From contig NMRA01000191.1 of NCBI GenBank assembly GCA_002633005.1, forward strand, positions 111,641 to 175,640: a stretch of DNA of 64,000 nt, read 5' to 3'. Source of the DNA: Phoronis australis (Eukaryota > Animalia > Phoronida). Shown here piece by piece: positions 12,683 to 26,000 of the stretch (position 1 is the first letter of the stretch; every line of letters begins with the position of its first letter). Below the pieces are notes generated by a model that worked only from the letters and a program-made list of their open reading frames with translations, did not search any database and was not told where the DNA came from. The translations under genes and the position numbers were made by a program.

Positions 12683-14547
12683 TTGTGATATGGTGTCAAT
12701 ACAACTGGCTGCTAATATCAAGTCTTGTTTGATGCATGTTGCATATTTTTGCACTTATGTATTTTGCACATGGGACGGACCCAGTAATATTGCAACAGGT
12801 ACAACTATAAACATCATTTGCTTTTGTGAAAAATAGTGTAAACAGTACTTTGCAAGTTACAAATACATCGCATACATATTCTCATACAACATATGCCAAA
12901 GCTTATCAGACAAAACATTGCCTCGAATTTCCAGTCATCGTAGCCGAGCACAAGGGCAACACAACAGAGAAGCTGAAATGATCCATTATGGTCAGTCATT
13001 CTGCCATGATACAGGAACTTTTGGTGGGTAGAGTGTATTTGTGCCATTACCTTTTCCCATCAGTGAGTAGTGCATTTTGTACAAATAATGCAACGCTGTT
13101 TATTGGTTGCTTTTCCTTTCAAAGCTACAATAAACATGGTGCAAAATAAAATGGCCCGACACTCACAGATATTTACTCATCCATATACAACTTTGTACGC
13201 TATCAATCAAAGCTACCAAACAAAAACAGTCATTTGCAACTTAAAAATATTTATTTTTAAAGCATTCATTTTTCTCATTTTTTCACAATTATATAATTAT
13301 TTACTTATTTCTCCTTTTCCACTATGCATTCGAATAACAATAAAACGCACAAAATTAAAACTGATTCAACCGGATCAAGAGATTTTACCCAAGTATAACA
13401 GAGGGCTGAGAGCACAAATAACACTGTACCCTTGAACCCGAGTTAGTCAGAATAAAGTGAAATTCTGACATGGGTAGGTAAGTTTTACTGCATTTCCCCC
13501 GTTAATGGAAGATTTTATATTCACCTGGTAGATGGTGCAAATGACTAAATATTTCTCTTTCAACACCTGAATAGACCGGGAGCCATTAGTTTGTCAGCAC
13601 GTGACATGTGAACTCACAATGACTACCTGTCTGCACTCCAAGAGGGCGGCGTTCCACAAAGCACGTTTGTTGCTATAAATGAGATTTTGCATAAATTACA
13701 AGAGAAGCACATTGTCCCGCTAACTTTAAATGTGTGTGTTTTGCAATTTGGAATGCATACCAGGTAGGGTTGTTGCCACTCTAGTGCTACTTAGTATACT
13801 TTTAAGTAGTCTGTTCAGTAAATTTTCATTTTCAATCGGTCCCTTTAATAGTTTCCACTGTCAAAGGCTCTCGCAAGACAAGCTCATCTTACTAGGGCCA
13901 CTTCCCTGCCAGTCACCTACCCTCAACGAAATTTTGTTGTAATTTTAGATTTATTGGGCTAACCAAGTAGTTCTAGCAAAGCCTTAGCAAAATAAAAAAG
14001 CGAATTTAATTACGCAAATGTAGGCTCAAAAATAATATGTGAAAAAAGCTACCTTTTTGTGCCTTCACCGTGAGATCCCAGCACAAACAACAAAAGGCTG
14101 AAAACAGTTGTATTGAATAGGGGTCTAAATAGAACAATGTTGGGTGCGGGTGTTATTCGCAGCTGTTTGAATTAAAATGCGGTTCTTGCAGTGATGTAAA
14201 CATGCAAGCCAATACGCCTAATATGTTACATTTGACAACTTATGGCACTATTGAGCTCAGAGTGATGCTCTTAAAATACTTTAGGAACCAAACTTACAGA
14301 TGTTACCGTAGACAGGCTTGAAGAACATTGCTCCTGTTACTGTACACACCATATTCATCTAGGTTAATACCTGGGTGAATTGAAAGTCTCTAAAATCTGA
14401 GCGGGTGATAAGCCGAGCATGGGTGTTTAATAAGGAAGTTTTGAAAAATTGGGATAGGCACTCGCCCAAACTGGAAATTTTGATTTAGATGTTTTGAAAG
14501 CGTCTTGAAAAATCAAAAGCCTCAACTTTAAATGAAAGGTGAACATA

Positions 14548-15456
14548 CCGTAATCGTTCGGGTTAACGCCCATGCTCAGTTAACCGCCCACCCCTACTTT
14601 AGGTGGATTTTCGATTTAACCGCCCACTGCTCGGTTAACCGCCCCCCTGCTATTTTTGAAGATTTCCAATTAAGCGCCCACCTCTCGGTTAAGCGCCCAT
14701 CCCCTACTTTTGACGATTGGTGATTACCGCGCTGTGCTAATAGGAAACGCGAATCCCCGACCTTTTAGATTAAGATCGATGATAACATTGAGTGCAACGA
14801 CGGCCTCAGAGACCGCGGTTTAGCAATGTGAATTATGATACCAGTAACAAATTATTGTAACGGGTCATCGATTAACTTCAAAATNNNNNNNNNNNNNNNN
14901 NNNNNNNNNNNNNNNNNNNNNNNNNNNNNNNNNNNNNNNNNNNNNNNNNNNNNNNNNNNNNNNNNNNNNNNNNNNNNNNNNNNNNNNNNNNNNNNNNNNN
15001 NNNNNNNNNNNNNNNNNNNNNNNNNNNNNNNNNNNNNNNNNNNNNNNNNNNNNNNNNNNNNNNNNNNNNNNNNNNNNNNNNNNNNNNNNNNNNNNNNNNN
15101 NNNNNNNNNNNNNNNNNNNNNNNNNNNNNNNNNNNNNNNNNNNNNNNNNNNNNNNNNNNNNNNNNNNNNNNNNNNNNNNNNNNNNNNNNNNNNNNNNNNN
15201 NNNNNNNNNNNNNNNNNNNNNNNNNNNNNNNNNNNNNNNNNNNNNNNNNNNNNNNNNNNNNNNNNNNNNNNNNNNNNNNNNNNNNNNNNNNNNNNNNNNN
15301 NNNNNNNNNNNNNNNNNNNNNNNNNNNNNNNNNNNNCCCCCCCCCCCGATTTCTTGAAATTTCACGTTTAAGCGCCCATGTCTGGTTAACCGCCCACCCC
15401 CGATTTTTTGGGTTCGCCAATTTAACCGCCCAGGGCGTTAACCCGAACGATTACAG
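14548..15456. mobile_element. Tc1/mariner-pogo-type MITE spanning an assembly gap
   Basis: TIR ccgtaatcgttcgggttaacgccc / gggcgttaacccgaacgattacag flanked by TA on both sides; internal ttaaccgccca subrepeats. Confidence 0.75.
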
Positions 15457-17269
15457 TATAACAGCATGTTAAGTGATAAAGAAAGTGGACATGTGGAAAC
15501 GTTAGGGAACAAACTCGAGCATAACCTGAACGAGCTCGTGATTTTATTACTCTTTTCATTCGTTTCTAGTGTATTCATGATGGATGAGTTTTTGTAGTTG
15601 TCATGCCCGCCACCACTCGGCCACTATTCATTAATGTTCCACGCCACAATTGTCTCAATGTGGCAAACTAGCAGATAAACGTCAACTATTCTAACATTTT
15701 CAGATAAAAAGCCAGTTATACATAATACCAGGCTTCTTTTGTGAATTGATCGATTGATAATGTATGCATTACGTTTTTGAAAAAAACAGCACCAGCTCTC
15801 AAGCACTCAAATAACTTGAAGTTGATTATTGCTGATAAGACCACCAAAATTTGTTCCCCTTGCTAATCTAGCTGCCAGGGCGCACATTGATTGATTTCCC
15901 ATCTTCCAGACATTTATACTATAATTTTCCTAGTACTTTTGCATTTTGTATTGCGCAATAAATGACATTTCACCATCTACTTGCACCTTGTTTTCCTATC
16001 TGGAAATCATTAGTCTCTATGCCACACAAATATTTCATATAGAGTTATATGTAGCACATAAGGTGCTGATCCATATATTTCCCTAACTGAACCATTTTTT
16101 GATTCAGCGAATACGGTAAAGTTTCCTCAAATTCCAACAAAAATAATGGCCAACACAGTCATTATTTCATTTTGAAACGCTCACTGTATTGCCAAAAAAC
16201 GTTCAAAGTTTCATCATGTGTTTGCTGATAACAGCCATGCTACATACGTTTTCTTATAATCGTGTAAAATGTCTTGTTTACTGTCTAGTTGCAAATTTTG
16301 ATAAAATAAAATTTTACTGTTTCGCTATACTGTGTTCTAATTTGAAGAAACTTCACCGTAGATACTCTACCATTTATCTGTCATGACATTAGTAAACTGC
16401 CATGACAATGTCACTGTTTTTTTGACCTTTCAAACTCCTCTCCATTTCTCAGCTAAACCATGTGAGTCTGCAAGCTGGTCACCAATTCAAGAACCTGTGA
16501 AAACAACAACAAATAATGGAATCCCTTAGGTATATCCATAGTTGGGAGTAACATGACATTTCATAGTCATTGTCCTAGATCAGTAGCAAAGACTTATGGG
16601 TATAAGCATGCTTTCATAAAATGTCTGACCTTTGACACATTAAAAAACACCTTTTGTATGAGCTTTAGCTGCCACAAGTTTTACACTCAGCTTTCTTTGT
16701 AATGTTGGAGAGGTCAAGTGTTGCAAGCGTCTACACTGCAAACAGTGTGTTTTTAGGGAATATTTATTAGCATTGTATAAATGTTAATGGCCACTAGGCA
16801 GTGTAGAATAGATCAAACCTGTCCACAAATGATAAGGTGTCATCGTTTACCTAATAAAAATCTACTTGACAAATTTCATATTCAGGAATTCTGAAGATGA
16901 AAAACATGAACATAAACAAGAGCAACGCAGAGCGTTGAAATGCGCCCACAATTGCACCGTATATGATATCCTTCTAGGGTTGTTTATTGGTACCATGAAG
17001 TGGCCAGTAGAGGGCATATATGTAGAATGTTGTACTGTGCAAAATGGAAAAGGCATGGTCATTGTCTCCTCAATAGGCTAGGTTTCAAAATGTGAGTGAT
17101 CTTCATAATACAAGCACATCCTATACATCAGTTGCTTAAAGCACCACAGAAACATAGAATTAAAAACAAATTTACCAACATACGAGATTAGCACAGCATT
17201 AGAATGCCAGAAACAAATTTCTACTTGGAACTTTTCCTTCATAGTCACGAAGTAACACAAAGTATACAC

Positions 17270-19098
17270 CTGAAGACCTATGAAAATACAGAGGTCAATG
17301 TAAAATACTTAAATTGCCACTAGAGGCATACCGGTAGTCAGAATCATCCTAAAGTCGTCATCGTCCGTTGTCAACATCACATAAATACACTTGCTAAATT
17401 TAGTAAAGATCCTGCAAACGGTTTGGGAGATACAGCCATGGGCGCAAAAAAAACTGCCACTAGGAGGCTCCACAGTAATCAAAGTCATGGGAAATTCAGC
17501 GTCAACCGTCCTCTTCATAGTAAGAACATACATGCCAATTTTCACAATCATACTTAGAGCGGTTTGGTTGATAGAGGGGTGGACGCCAAAAAACAGACTC
17601 AAAAACAGTAAAAATGGCCACTGGGTGTCACAAACTAGGTCGAATCCATCCGAAAACGGGAGAATAGCGTCATCGCACTAATAGGTGCCTACATACCAAA
17701 TTTCATGAAAATCCATTTAGGACTTGTGAAGATACAGAGGTAAACGTAAAAAAATAAAATTGCCACTAGGGGGCACACTGGTAGGCAGATCCGTCCAAAA
17801 GTCGTCATCGTCTGTTGTTAACATCATATAATTACACTTATTAAATTTCGTAAAGATCCTGCGAACGGTTTAGGAGATACAGCCATAGGCGCAAAAAAAA
17901 CAAAACTGCCACTAGGAGGCGCCACAGTAATCCAAATCGTCTGAAAATCATTGTCAGCTGTCTTCTTTATAGTAAGCACATACATGCTAATTTTCACAAC
18001 CATCCTTTGAGCGGTTTGGTTGATAGAGGGGTGGACGCAAAAATACAGACTTGAAAACAGTAAAAATGGCCACTAGGTGGCGCAAACTATGTCGAATCCA
18101 TCTGAAAACCGGAGGATAGCGTCATCTCACTAATAGGTGCTTACATACCAAATTTCATGAAAATCCGTTCAGGACTTTTGAAGACACAAAGGTAAGCGTT
18201 AAAAACAAAAATTGCCACTAGGGGGCACACCCGTAGTCGGATCCGTCCGAAAGTTCGCACATGCCGTCCCATTCATGAATGGAACATATGTGCCAAATTT
18301 CATGAACATGTGTCAAAGGGTTTTGGAGATAGAGCAGCGGACGCCAGACGCCGGACGGACGCCGCCCGTACGGACGGAGATGACGGCATAATGCGTCCAC
18401 ATATAAATATGTGGGCGCATAAAAACAAAATAGTCACATTTAAAGATGCACGAAGATTCATTGATGAAGTCTAAAGACACAGAGACAAACGCAAAAAAAA
18501 TTGCCACTAGGGGGCACAGTCATATTCGGATAAGTCCAAAACTCATCACAAAGGTCTTTCAAGGGTTAAAGAGATTCAGCCATGGATTCAAAAAACAATA
18601 AATCACCAATGGGGGAGGGTGGGGGTTTTGGGGGGAACACACAATAGTCAGACCCATCCCAAAATTAATGTCAGCCTAAACCATAGATTAAGATCTCTAT
18701 GGCCTAAACCTTCTCATCAGGAACATATCTACATAGTTTCATGAGAGGTGGATGCTAAAAAACAGATAAAAAATTACAGAATGCATGGCCAGAAGGTGGC
18801 ATAGAATATGTTGAATCCCTTTGTAAATGGAATAGAAGCCTATTTGTCATATTACTTAAAAATCTATCGAGGAACTCCAAAGCTACAAAGTCATTCAAAC
18901 ATAAAAAAAACTAAAATTGCCGCTAGGGAGCACATCAGAAGGTAGATCGGTCCCAAACTCATCGTGACCTACTGTCAGCTTCAAGGAACATACTTGAAAA
19001 ATCTTATTAAAATTCTGCAACGTAAATACAGCAGCGGACGCGGTATGCCCAGACAGCGATGACGGCAATACGTATTCATATATGTGGGGGCATAAAAA
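17270..19098 (-). mobile_element. Helentron/DINE-1-like family B: tandem ~450-bp core units and two terminal hairpin ends
   Basis: aaattgccactag recurs at about 17311, 17758, 18210, 18500, 18915. End motif is GACG microsatellite plus hairpin tgcgtccacatataaatatgtgggcgca-taaaaa (18391-18425), with a second end near 19098. Confidence 0.65.
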
Positions 19099-22000
19099 TG
19101 CTAACTTTATCTAATGGATTGCACTGACCTGTTGAATGAACGTCTCTCGAACCTCGAAGGTTTCTTCTTAAGGGAGCAGTTGGAACTGAAAACAACCATC
19201 AGAAGTGCATGACACGAGCAAGATTGCAAAGTTACTGGAAGGAAGATAAATAACCGGAGTTCAAGCTACAAAGCAATTGCTGTTCAGTAGACACAATGTA
19301 ATTTATTAGTATAAGGTGGCAGGACCAGCTTCTATGGTAAAATTACCATAAGCACAATCTACCTCGCTTCAAGAGGAAAATGATCATTGTTTTTGGTACT
19401 ACCACACAAATTAATGATTCATTGTTAGCTTGGACATTTTTACGCCTTAATTACAGTGTTCCACTGGAAGGTCTTTACGCCCTAGACAAGGTCCACATTC
19501 GTAAACCAACAATGTCCGGCTCACTACTGAAAACAATCTTCGCCTAATTATGTTTGCTCCACGGAAGTGAATGCAGAATCCCGACATCATGACCATCAAT
19601 TTTACTCAACCATATGCATCAGTTTTTGTTGTTGCAGTAAATTAAAGACTCACGAGAGGAACAGCATAAATACATAGAATTTTTTCTCCAAGATAAACCA
19701 GAGATCTGTTAGAGCAGGTAACATAAAAATGTTTCTTTTCACTTTTAAGTCGTCATTGAGTAACTTTTCAAACTAGCCTTACGCTAAAACCATTTTTAAA
19801 TCTTAAAAAGAATAACTCGACACTGCTATAAATGCTCAAAAAAGAAGACTGTGTTGTTACTTGACACCTGTACCATATACATCATGCTAATAATGCAGAA
19901 TTTTATGAACATTTTGCGAGGTGAACTTCCACATTTGTATAACAAACTGAAAAATGTTTACAATAGTCGGTACATTTTTATGACTCCTGATGGGAGGATA
20001 GCGTCATCTCACTAATAGGTGCTCTTTACAGGCAAAGTGTTTCATGTGTTTTTAAAAAAGCAAACTCAATCACAATATCACACAACGGTATTCTCCAGTC
20101 CAAGTGGATGCCACTAACCTTGAAAATTTTTAATTCTTTACCTGTATTTTCGTTTTCATTTTCAAAAGACGTCGCTACCAAGTTTTCTGACCACATATTG
20201 TGAGGCTGAAACAATATAAAGAGCATAAAAGACGTGACAAATCACTCAAAACAATATTTACCAGCAGCTGACCTTAAATAAAGTTTCACATCTAATTGAA
20301 ACTAATGAGCTTATGTGCCACCAAATTAAATTTAACTTGTTAAATGCATTTGTCGTCATTATTTTGACATTTGTCTCTTTATTTTGATACCAGTCCTTAG
20401 GGTTTATTTTTCATTACTCATCTCTATTTATAGCCTCAAGGGCCTATTTTTGTATTCATACATTTCTCTAAGCGACACCTCATTGGTCGCCCATATTTCC
20501 TTTGTTCAGTTCAACGTGGTCTCTCTCATTCAACCACCTACCTCGTCGTCTACAAGACCTACGTTCGTTCTCTGCATTTTTCCCCACCCTTCATCCCGGG
20601 GGTCGGTTCCACTTTCTCTTTTCTCATTTACATTTCCTGTTAGGTTTTTTCAAGTTTCGTGTTCATGCTCTGTACTTTTCCTTTAAGCCCTTCAGGCAGT
20701 TCTTTTGTTTTGTTCCCTCTTTCAGGGCTAGTCATTGTACACGCCGGTGGGCGTTTTGTCCATGCCCATCTTGCAGACTTTTAGTTATTAGTTAGTTTTA
20801 TCTATTTACCTCATAATAAATGACAATATTCGCAATCCTCCTCTTGTTTTACTCTGCAACATAGCTCGTGGCGTACCCCGTGCAAAATAGATTACGATAA
20901 ATAATATTTGAGATCACTGAACATAAGCTCACAAAGTTATACCGTCATAAAATAGGCCTAAAAGGGTACGTGTATGTAGTTTCCCAGGAACTTTTGCAGT
21001 GCCCCCAAAAGACCTCAGCCAGATCAGTGCTTACATAATGTTCCAACTATTCAATTCAGTCGAAAGTTCAGTAGCCAGCATTTTCAGAGTCAAGCATGGC
21101 AGGCTAACAGCAGGCCACCAGTTCATGCATATTCATTATGCATTCCTCAGGTGCAAACAACAGCTTTCACATAACACGAAATGTTCGTGATAGAATCTCA
21201 GGGGTTACAGGGACTATAAACTTGACACGCTTTTATCAGCGACTTCACTAGTTTATTACCCTTTCGGGCTGCAGGGGCAAGAAACATGTTAATTCCGTCT
21301 GGACTGGCAATGGAACTTAACACCATCAGGTAATGTGTATACTAGGCGAAAATGAGATGAGGTTTTTCGGGTCGGTCTTTCACGACCAAAACGCGTTATG
21401 ATAAAATTCGAGAAATTGATCAGTATAGAAAACACAAGAAATGATGGAATTTAATGAAAACAAAAATGAACAATAATCACTTTGGCATTAATGTAATATT
21501 TATAGCACAAACGCATGGCAAAATGTTTAGTTCTAAAAGATCACCGCTGAAAAATAAGACAAGCTAAACGAATAAACCTAGTACAAAGTCTCAAAGATAC
21601 AAAGAATCTAAATTCAGTTTTCAGTTCTATTACTAGCTAACACAAACAGCTCCATGCTCCACGTTCCACCAATGTCAATTCATTACACGCACATTAACAC
21701 GTGGGAGATAACTATAGTTTAACAACATAAAGCAGACGGCAGGACATTTTCACCAAATGCTCAGCAAAGAAGTCAGATTTGACAAGGTTTTTCAAGCTTT
21801 TTTAAAGAAAGTTCAGTCATCTGCTTTTGTGCCAACGTAAAATTGATGGATTAGCCTGTAAACTTTCTATCGTCGAGGTTTAATTGACTCAAATTCAAAC
21901 CGATTCTGATTCAGGATCCAAGTTTGAAAAATCAGAGATGAGGGATGTACCAGTGCCAAACCCTTGACCATTGATAGTGTTTTTTCACTTGTAATTTTGA

Positions 22001-22719
22001 ATACTTTACCTGGTGGATACCAGACTCAACATATGATGTCATAATATCAAAATACCATAAAACAATTTATGCACTTGACCCTGGAACAATCCATCAACAA
22101 ATAACAATTTTAGCATTTTCAGTGATTGCACTCTTTGTATTCGCCATAACCTAAAAATATATTTGGCACTGGGAAATGTAGTTCAAAAAACTTGGCCGTA
22201 AAACAGTTATTGGCTCATTGAATGACTATCAAGAGCTGGATGAGCTGTCTCCACTCTATGACCAGAGTGTTGCAAATTGTCCAAGAGATAGAATTCATCT
22301 CAGGAAAATTTTGGCTATGGTGGCTCGCAAAAATTCAACCACCCCGTCGTTAACTCAAATCGGTAGTATGAGTAAATATTACCCTCATATTTGTTTTGTC
22401 TCAATTGGTTAATTATATTAACCAATCAAATATTCTAATTCTAAAATTATTTCAAATAAAAATAGTTGCCAAAAGTGTTGTTTTTTGGTTTTTCAAAAGC
22501 TGATTATTAATCTTGCTGCCAATAATAAGAAATTTTATGAAATGTTGTTTAAAATAATTCTACTCACTACAAACCAAGCTTATCATAGACTACAATTTTC
22601 GAAATTATTACACTTGTCGAGAGATTTGCCAAAATATAATTTCACTTATTCGCCATAATGGTGTCCTGTAAATAGGTGAAGATTTATTGCCATATGTTAA
22701 ACTATGGAATTCCCCGCAA

Positions 22720-23019
22720 TTAAGCCAGCGATACCTGGGAACGGACATCTGTATACTTGGCCTTTCTCACACTGCTAACATCTCGAGTACTTTGTCTTGG
22801 ACCCTCAGACAATATTACACTATCGATCTCCTGCAGTTCTGGGTGCAGTTCTTCAGAGGAGCAACTCCCACAGTTAGACCCTTGTGAGGAAACGCTGTTA
22901 CTTCGCGACTTTCGATGACCATAAGGACTCGAACTTCGACCTTTGAAAGATCCAACAGAATCATGTCTGTTGGAACGTGATGTTGGCTTTGGCTCTTCTT
23001 CAAAATTAATTAAATCCCC
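22720..23019 (-). CDS. Ser/Arg-rich C-terminal exon of the PARP-domain gene (stop at 22720, or splice at 22735)
   Basis: Open frame GDLINFEEEPK...RSQVSLA*, phase 0 matches the previous exon; CAG|gtatcg possible donor. Confidence 0.7.
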   Translation of the reverse strand, partial: GDLINFEEEPKPTSRSNRHDSVGSFKGRSSSPYGHRKSRSNSVSSQGSNCGSCSSEELHPELQEIDSVILSEGPRQSTRDVSSVRKAKYTDVRSQVSLA

Positions 23020-26000
23020 CTTTAAAGTCAATAAAAGAGTGGAAATGGTATTATAACACTGCCTGAAACAAGTAAATTTATTTATTAAACTGCACTTCAC
23101 AGTATATTCATACAGTTGACTCATCAGTGACAAATTCACACAATAGCTTTTAGAAATTTCTATATCCGTTTTCCTTCATATCTTAAACTGATCACAATTT
23201 CAGTTTTTAAGATCTAAGATCATCTAAGAATGTTGTGCACTTTTGAACTAGGCTTGTCTCAATTTTGTCACTTTTTATTATTTTTTGTTATTAAGGGTAT
23301 GTAGGATGCTAGAAAAATGTCCAAGTTGGGCTAACTTAAGTTGGGCTAACTTAAGTTGGGCTAACTTAAGTTGGGCTAACTTAAGTTGGGCGAACTTAAG
23401 TTGGGCTAACTTAAGTTGGGCGAACTTAAGTTGGGCGAACTTAAGTTGGGCTAACTTAAGTTGGGCTAACTTAAGTTGGGCGAACTTAAGTTGGGCTAAC
23501 TCATATCTTAGAAACGGCTAACTGGAGTCACACAAAGCTTTCAGGTACTATGCTTTAAGCATTGTTTTCACAAACGCTGTTAGGAATTGCTTTTAAAATA
23601 TTCCACTTTTTCATGAGGGGCTATCAAAAATAGGACTGTTATGATTTTCATGGAAAAAAAACTTTTTAAGTTGTACAAACAGAAAAAAGATATTTTAGAA
23701 AACTGTATCAATGTTTTTGAAAACTCTCTGTGAACATTTATATGAAATAAAATTTGATCTTGATATTGGTACCATTGTTTTGCTGTCAATTCATTGTTCT
23801 TTTTTGCTAAAATTCACTGTGACCTATTTAATATCAGATTGGTAAAAAGTAAAAAAATCAAATTCTACAGGCTTTGTAATTTGAGAAAATAATGTACTTT
23901 TGCCCAAGATAAATTGGACTACAGTTTTATAGATATTTGGCAAAATACGGAGACCAATAAGGGTCTACATAACCTTAATGACAAGTTCGTATTACCCATG
24001 GCAAATTCAAACATGCATTAGAAGTCCACACACTTGGGATGAATTTCTGTTGTGTGGCAACATGTGATTTTAGCAAGCTGGACTACAAACAAATCTCTGA
24101 TAGAAACTTAAATGAAATATGCTAATGGACAAATGTATAGAATTTTACCTCAAATGGGGCAATGCCGATCCCAGGGTCTTCAATGTACACTACATATTCC
24201 ACCAACACCCTGCTGTTCTGGTAGACAACATATTCGATGTAATCTTTTGGCTGACCCTGTACCGTAAGTAAAACTGATAGCGTAAAAGCATTGCCAACCA
24301 AGTGAATGCTTTGCAATTCATCAATAAAAATTGATTTGCAGCTAAACATAAGCAATCCAAATGTCATGGGCTCGTGGATCCCATTTCATGACCATACTCC
24401 CATGAAAGCTGTGCCAACTTGATACCAATGTGTTTTATTGCAAGATCTAGTTTGTGTTTTAATACTCCCTGTAGTCTGCAAGTACCGTGAGAATTTCAAA
24501 TGTGCTTTTATAAATAAGTATTAAATTGACAGGATGTGGATAATTTTAAATACAATATCGATCCAAGGAACAAGCTGTTAAATGACCAACATCCAGACCT
24601 CGGTGCCATACTGATCTGACTACTGTATCGAAATAATTCAATTAGTATTTCTACCTTATAATAGTTCATGTCCTAAAGCTAACCATCAAAATAACAGATT
24701 CTGTAACTTTGACATGAGTCAGATATTAAAAGTAAAATACGTGGATATTTTGTTGGGTCATTTTTTACATAAATTTATGAAATTTCTGGACTTAAGTATT
24801 TGTACCAGACAAAGGTCATAACTTGAAAGGTCATGGGAGATCCCCTGCCCTTTTGTGAAAGTTTCTAATGAGTGGAGCCCAATATGTTTATGTTAAAGCC
24901 CCCGTGCACTGGCCATCATTGATTTTTTTATACCAAAATACAAGCTTTTGAATTGAACAAAGTACAATTATTGGCTACAACCCATTCCATACCTAGATTA
25001 AAAAAAGTGGCCTGGAAAAATTGACATTTCACTGCTAAATGACTGAATTCAATAAGTCGGCTTTTATACGTAGCAGTGTTCAATCTATGGGCTGAAGTCA
25101 ACGGACAAGAGAATAAGTTGTAAAAGTATCAGCAGGCTAAGAAAATAAAAGGTTAGATAACTTTTTTCAAGTTCACTACACTAGCAAAAAGCAAATTATG
25201 TCTTTGGCTAATACAGTGAGTGCTTTACACCCAAAATTTGTTAACAAAAACAATATTTTACCTATCTACTAATTTGAACAGGGGGCACTGGCTCGCATTT
25301 TCATTTTTTATTCATTCACATCTATAACTACAATGTGCCATAATGTAACACACTACTTGGACAACTCATATGCCCGCAAAAAAGTGCATACTCGAGAGGC
25401 CAAAATAAGATGGGCGATATTTTTAATTTCTGTTCATCCATACATTGGTAATGCGACATTTCCAGTCACTATACTAATGCTCTCCCCCGCAACTATAAAA
25501 ATAAATCATTTGATTTTGTGCAAATATATGAAGCAGTTATCGTAAATTTTCAAAATTGCTAAAATTTCATTCAAAAGTCTAACACAAAGACGGTCTTGCT
25601 GAGCTATCTTACAGCATGATGTTATTTCATTACATTCATTTTATTTTCTTCTCATGTCGTAAATGAATAACAAAGATTGTAAGACACCAAACACCAATTT
25701 TCAATTTCAAATCGTGTTGAACTAAAAAAGCAACATTTAGTTATTTCAGCCCGAAATATTGATGTTTTTCGGCTTTTGCCATATCGGCATGGTTGCACGA
25801 TTCCTTCCCACAGCACATGGCCCCACAAATCCAGATACCTAATAATTCCTGAACAATAATGGTGTTGTAGGCCTCAGGATCATTAAGCAAAATATTGAAA
25901 CTCAAAATGTGCATGAGACAGTTGTCTGGCCAGTCTGGTTATGTAAGATTACCTCTAATGGTGAGCTCAAGCTACATCAGTTACTAAGCAGTAGCCTTAA

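Noticed and set aside
14835-15420. Long ORFs of X residues (also 57116-57544)
   Set aside because: Artefacts of N-filled assembly gaps.
23285-23521. ORF of (SWANL)n resembling a pentapeptide-repeat protein
   Set aside because: It is the translation of a 15-bp palindromic tandem repeat with a non-ATG start, antisense inside an intron.
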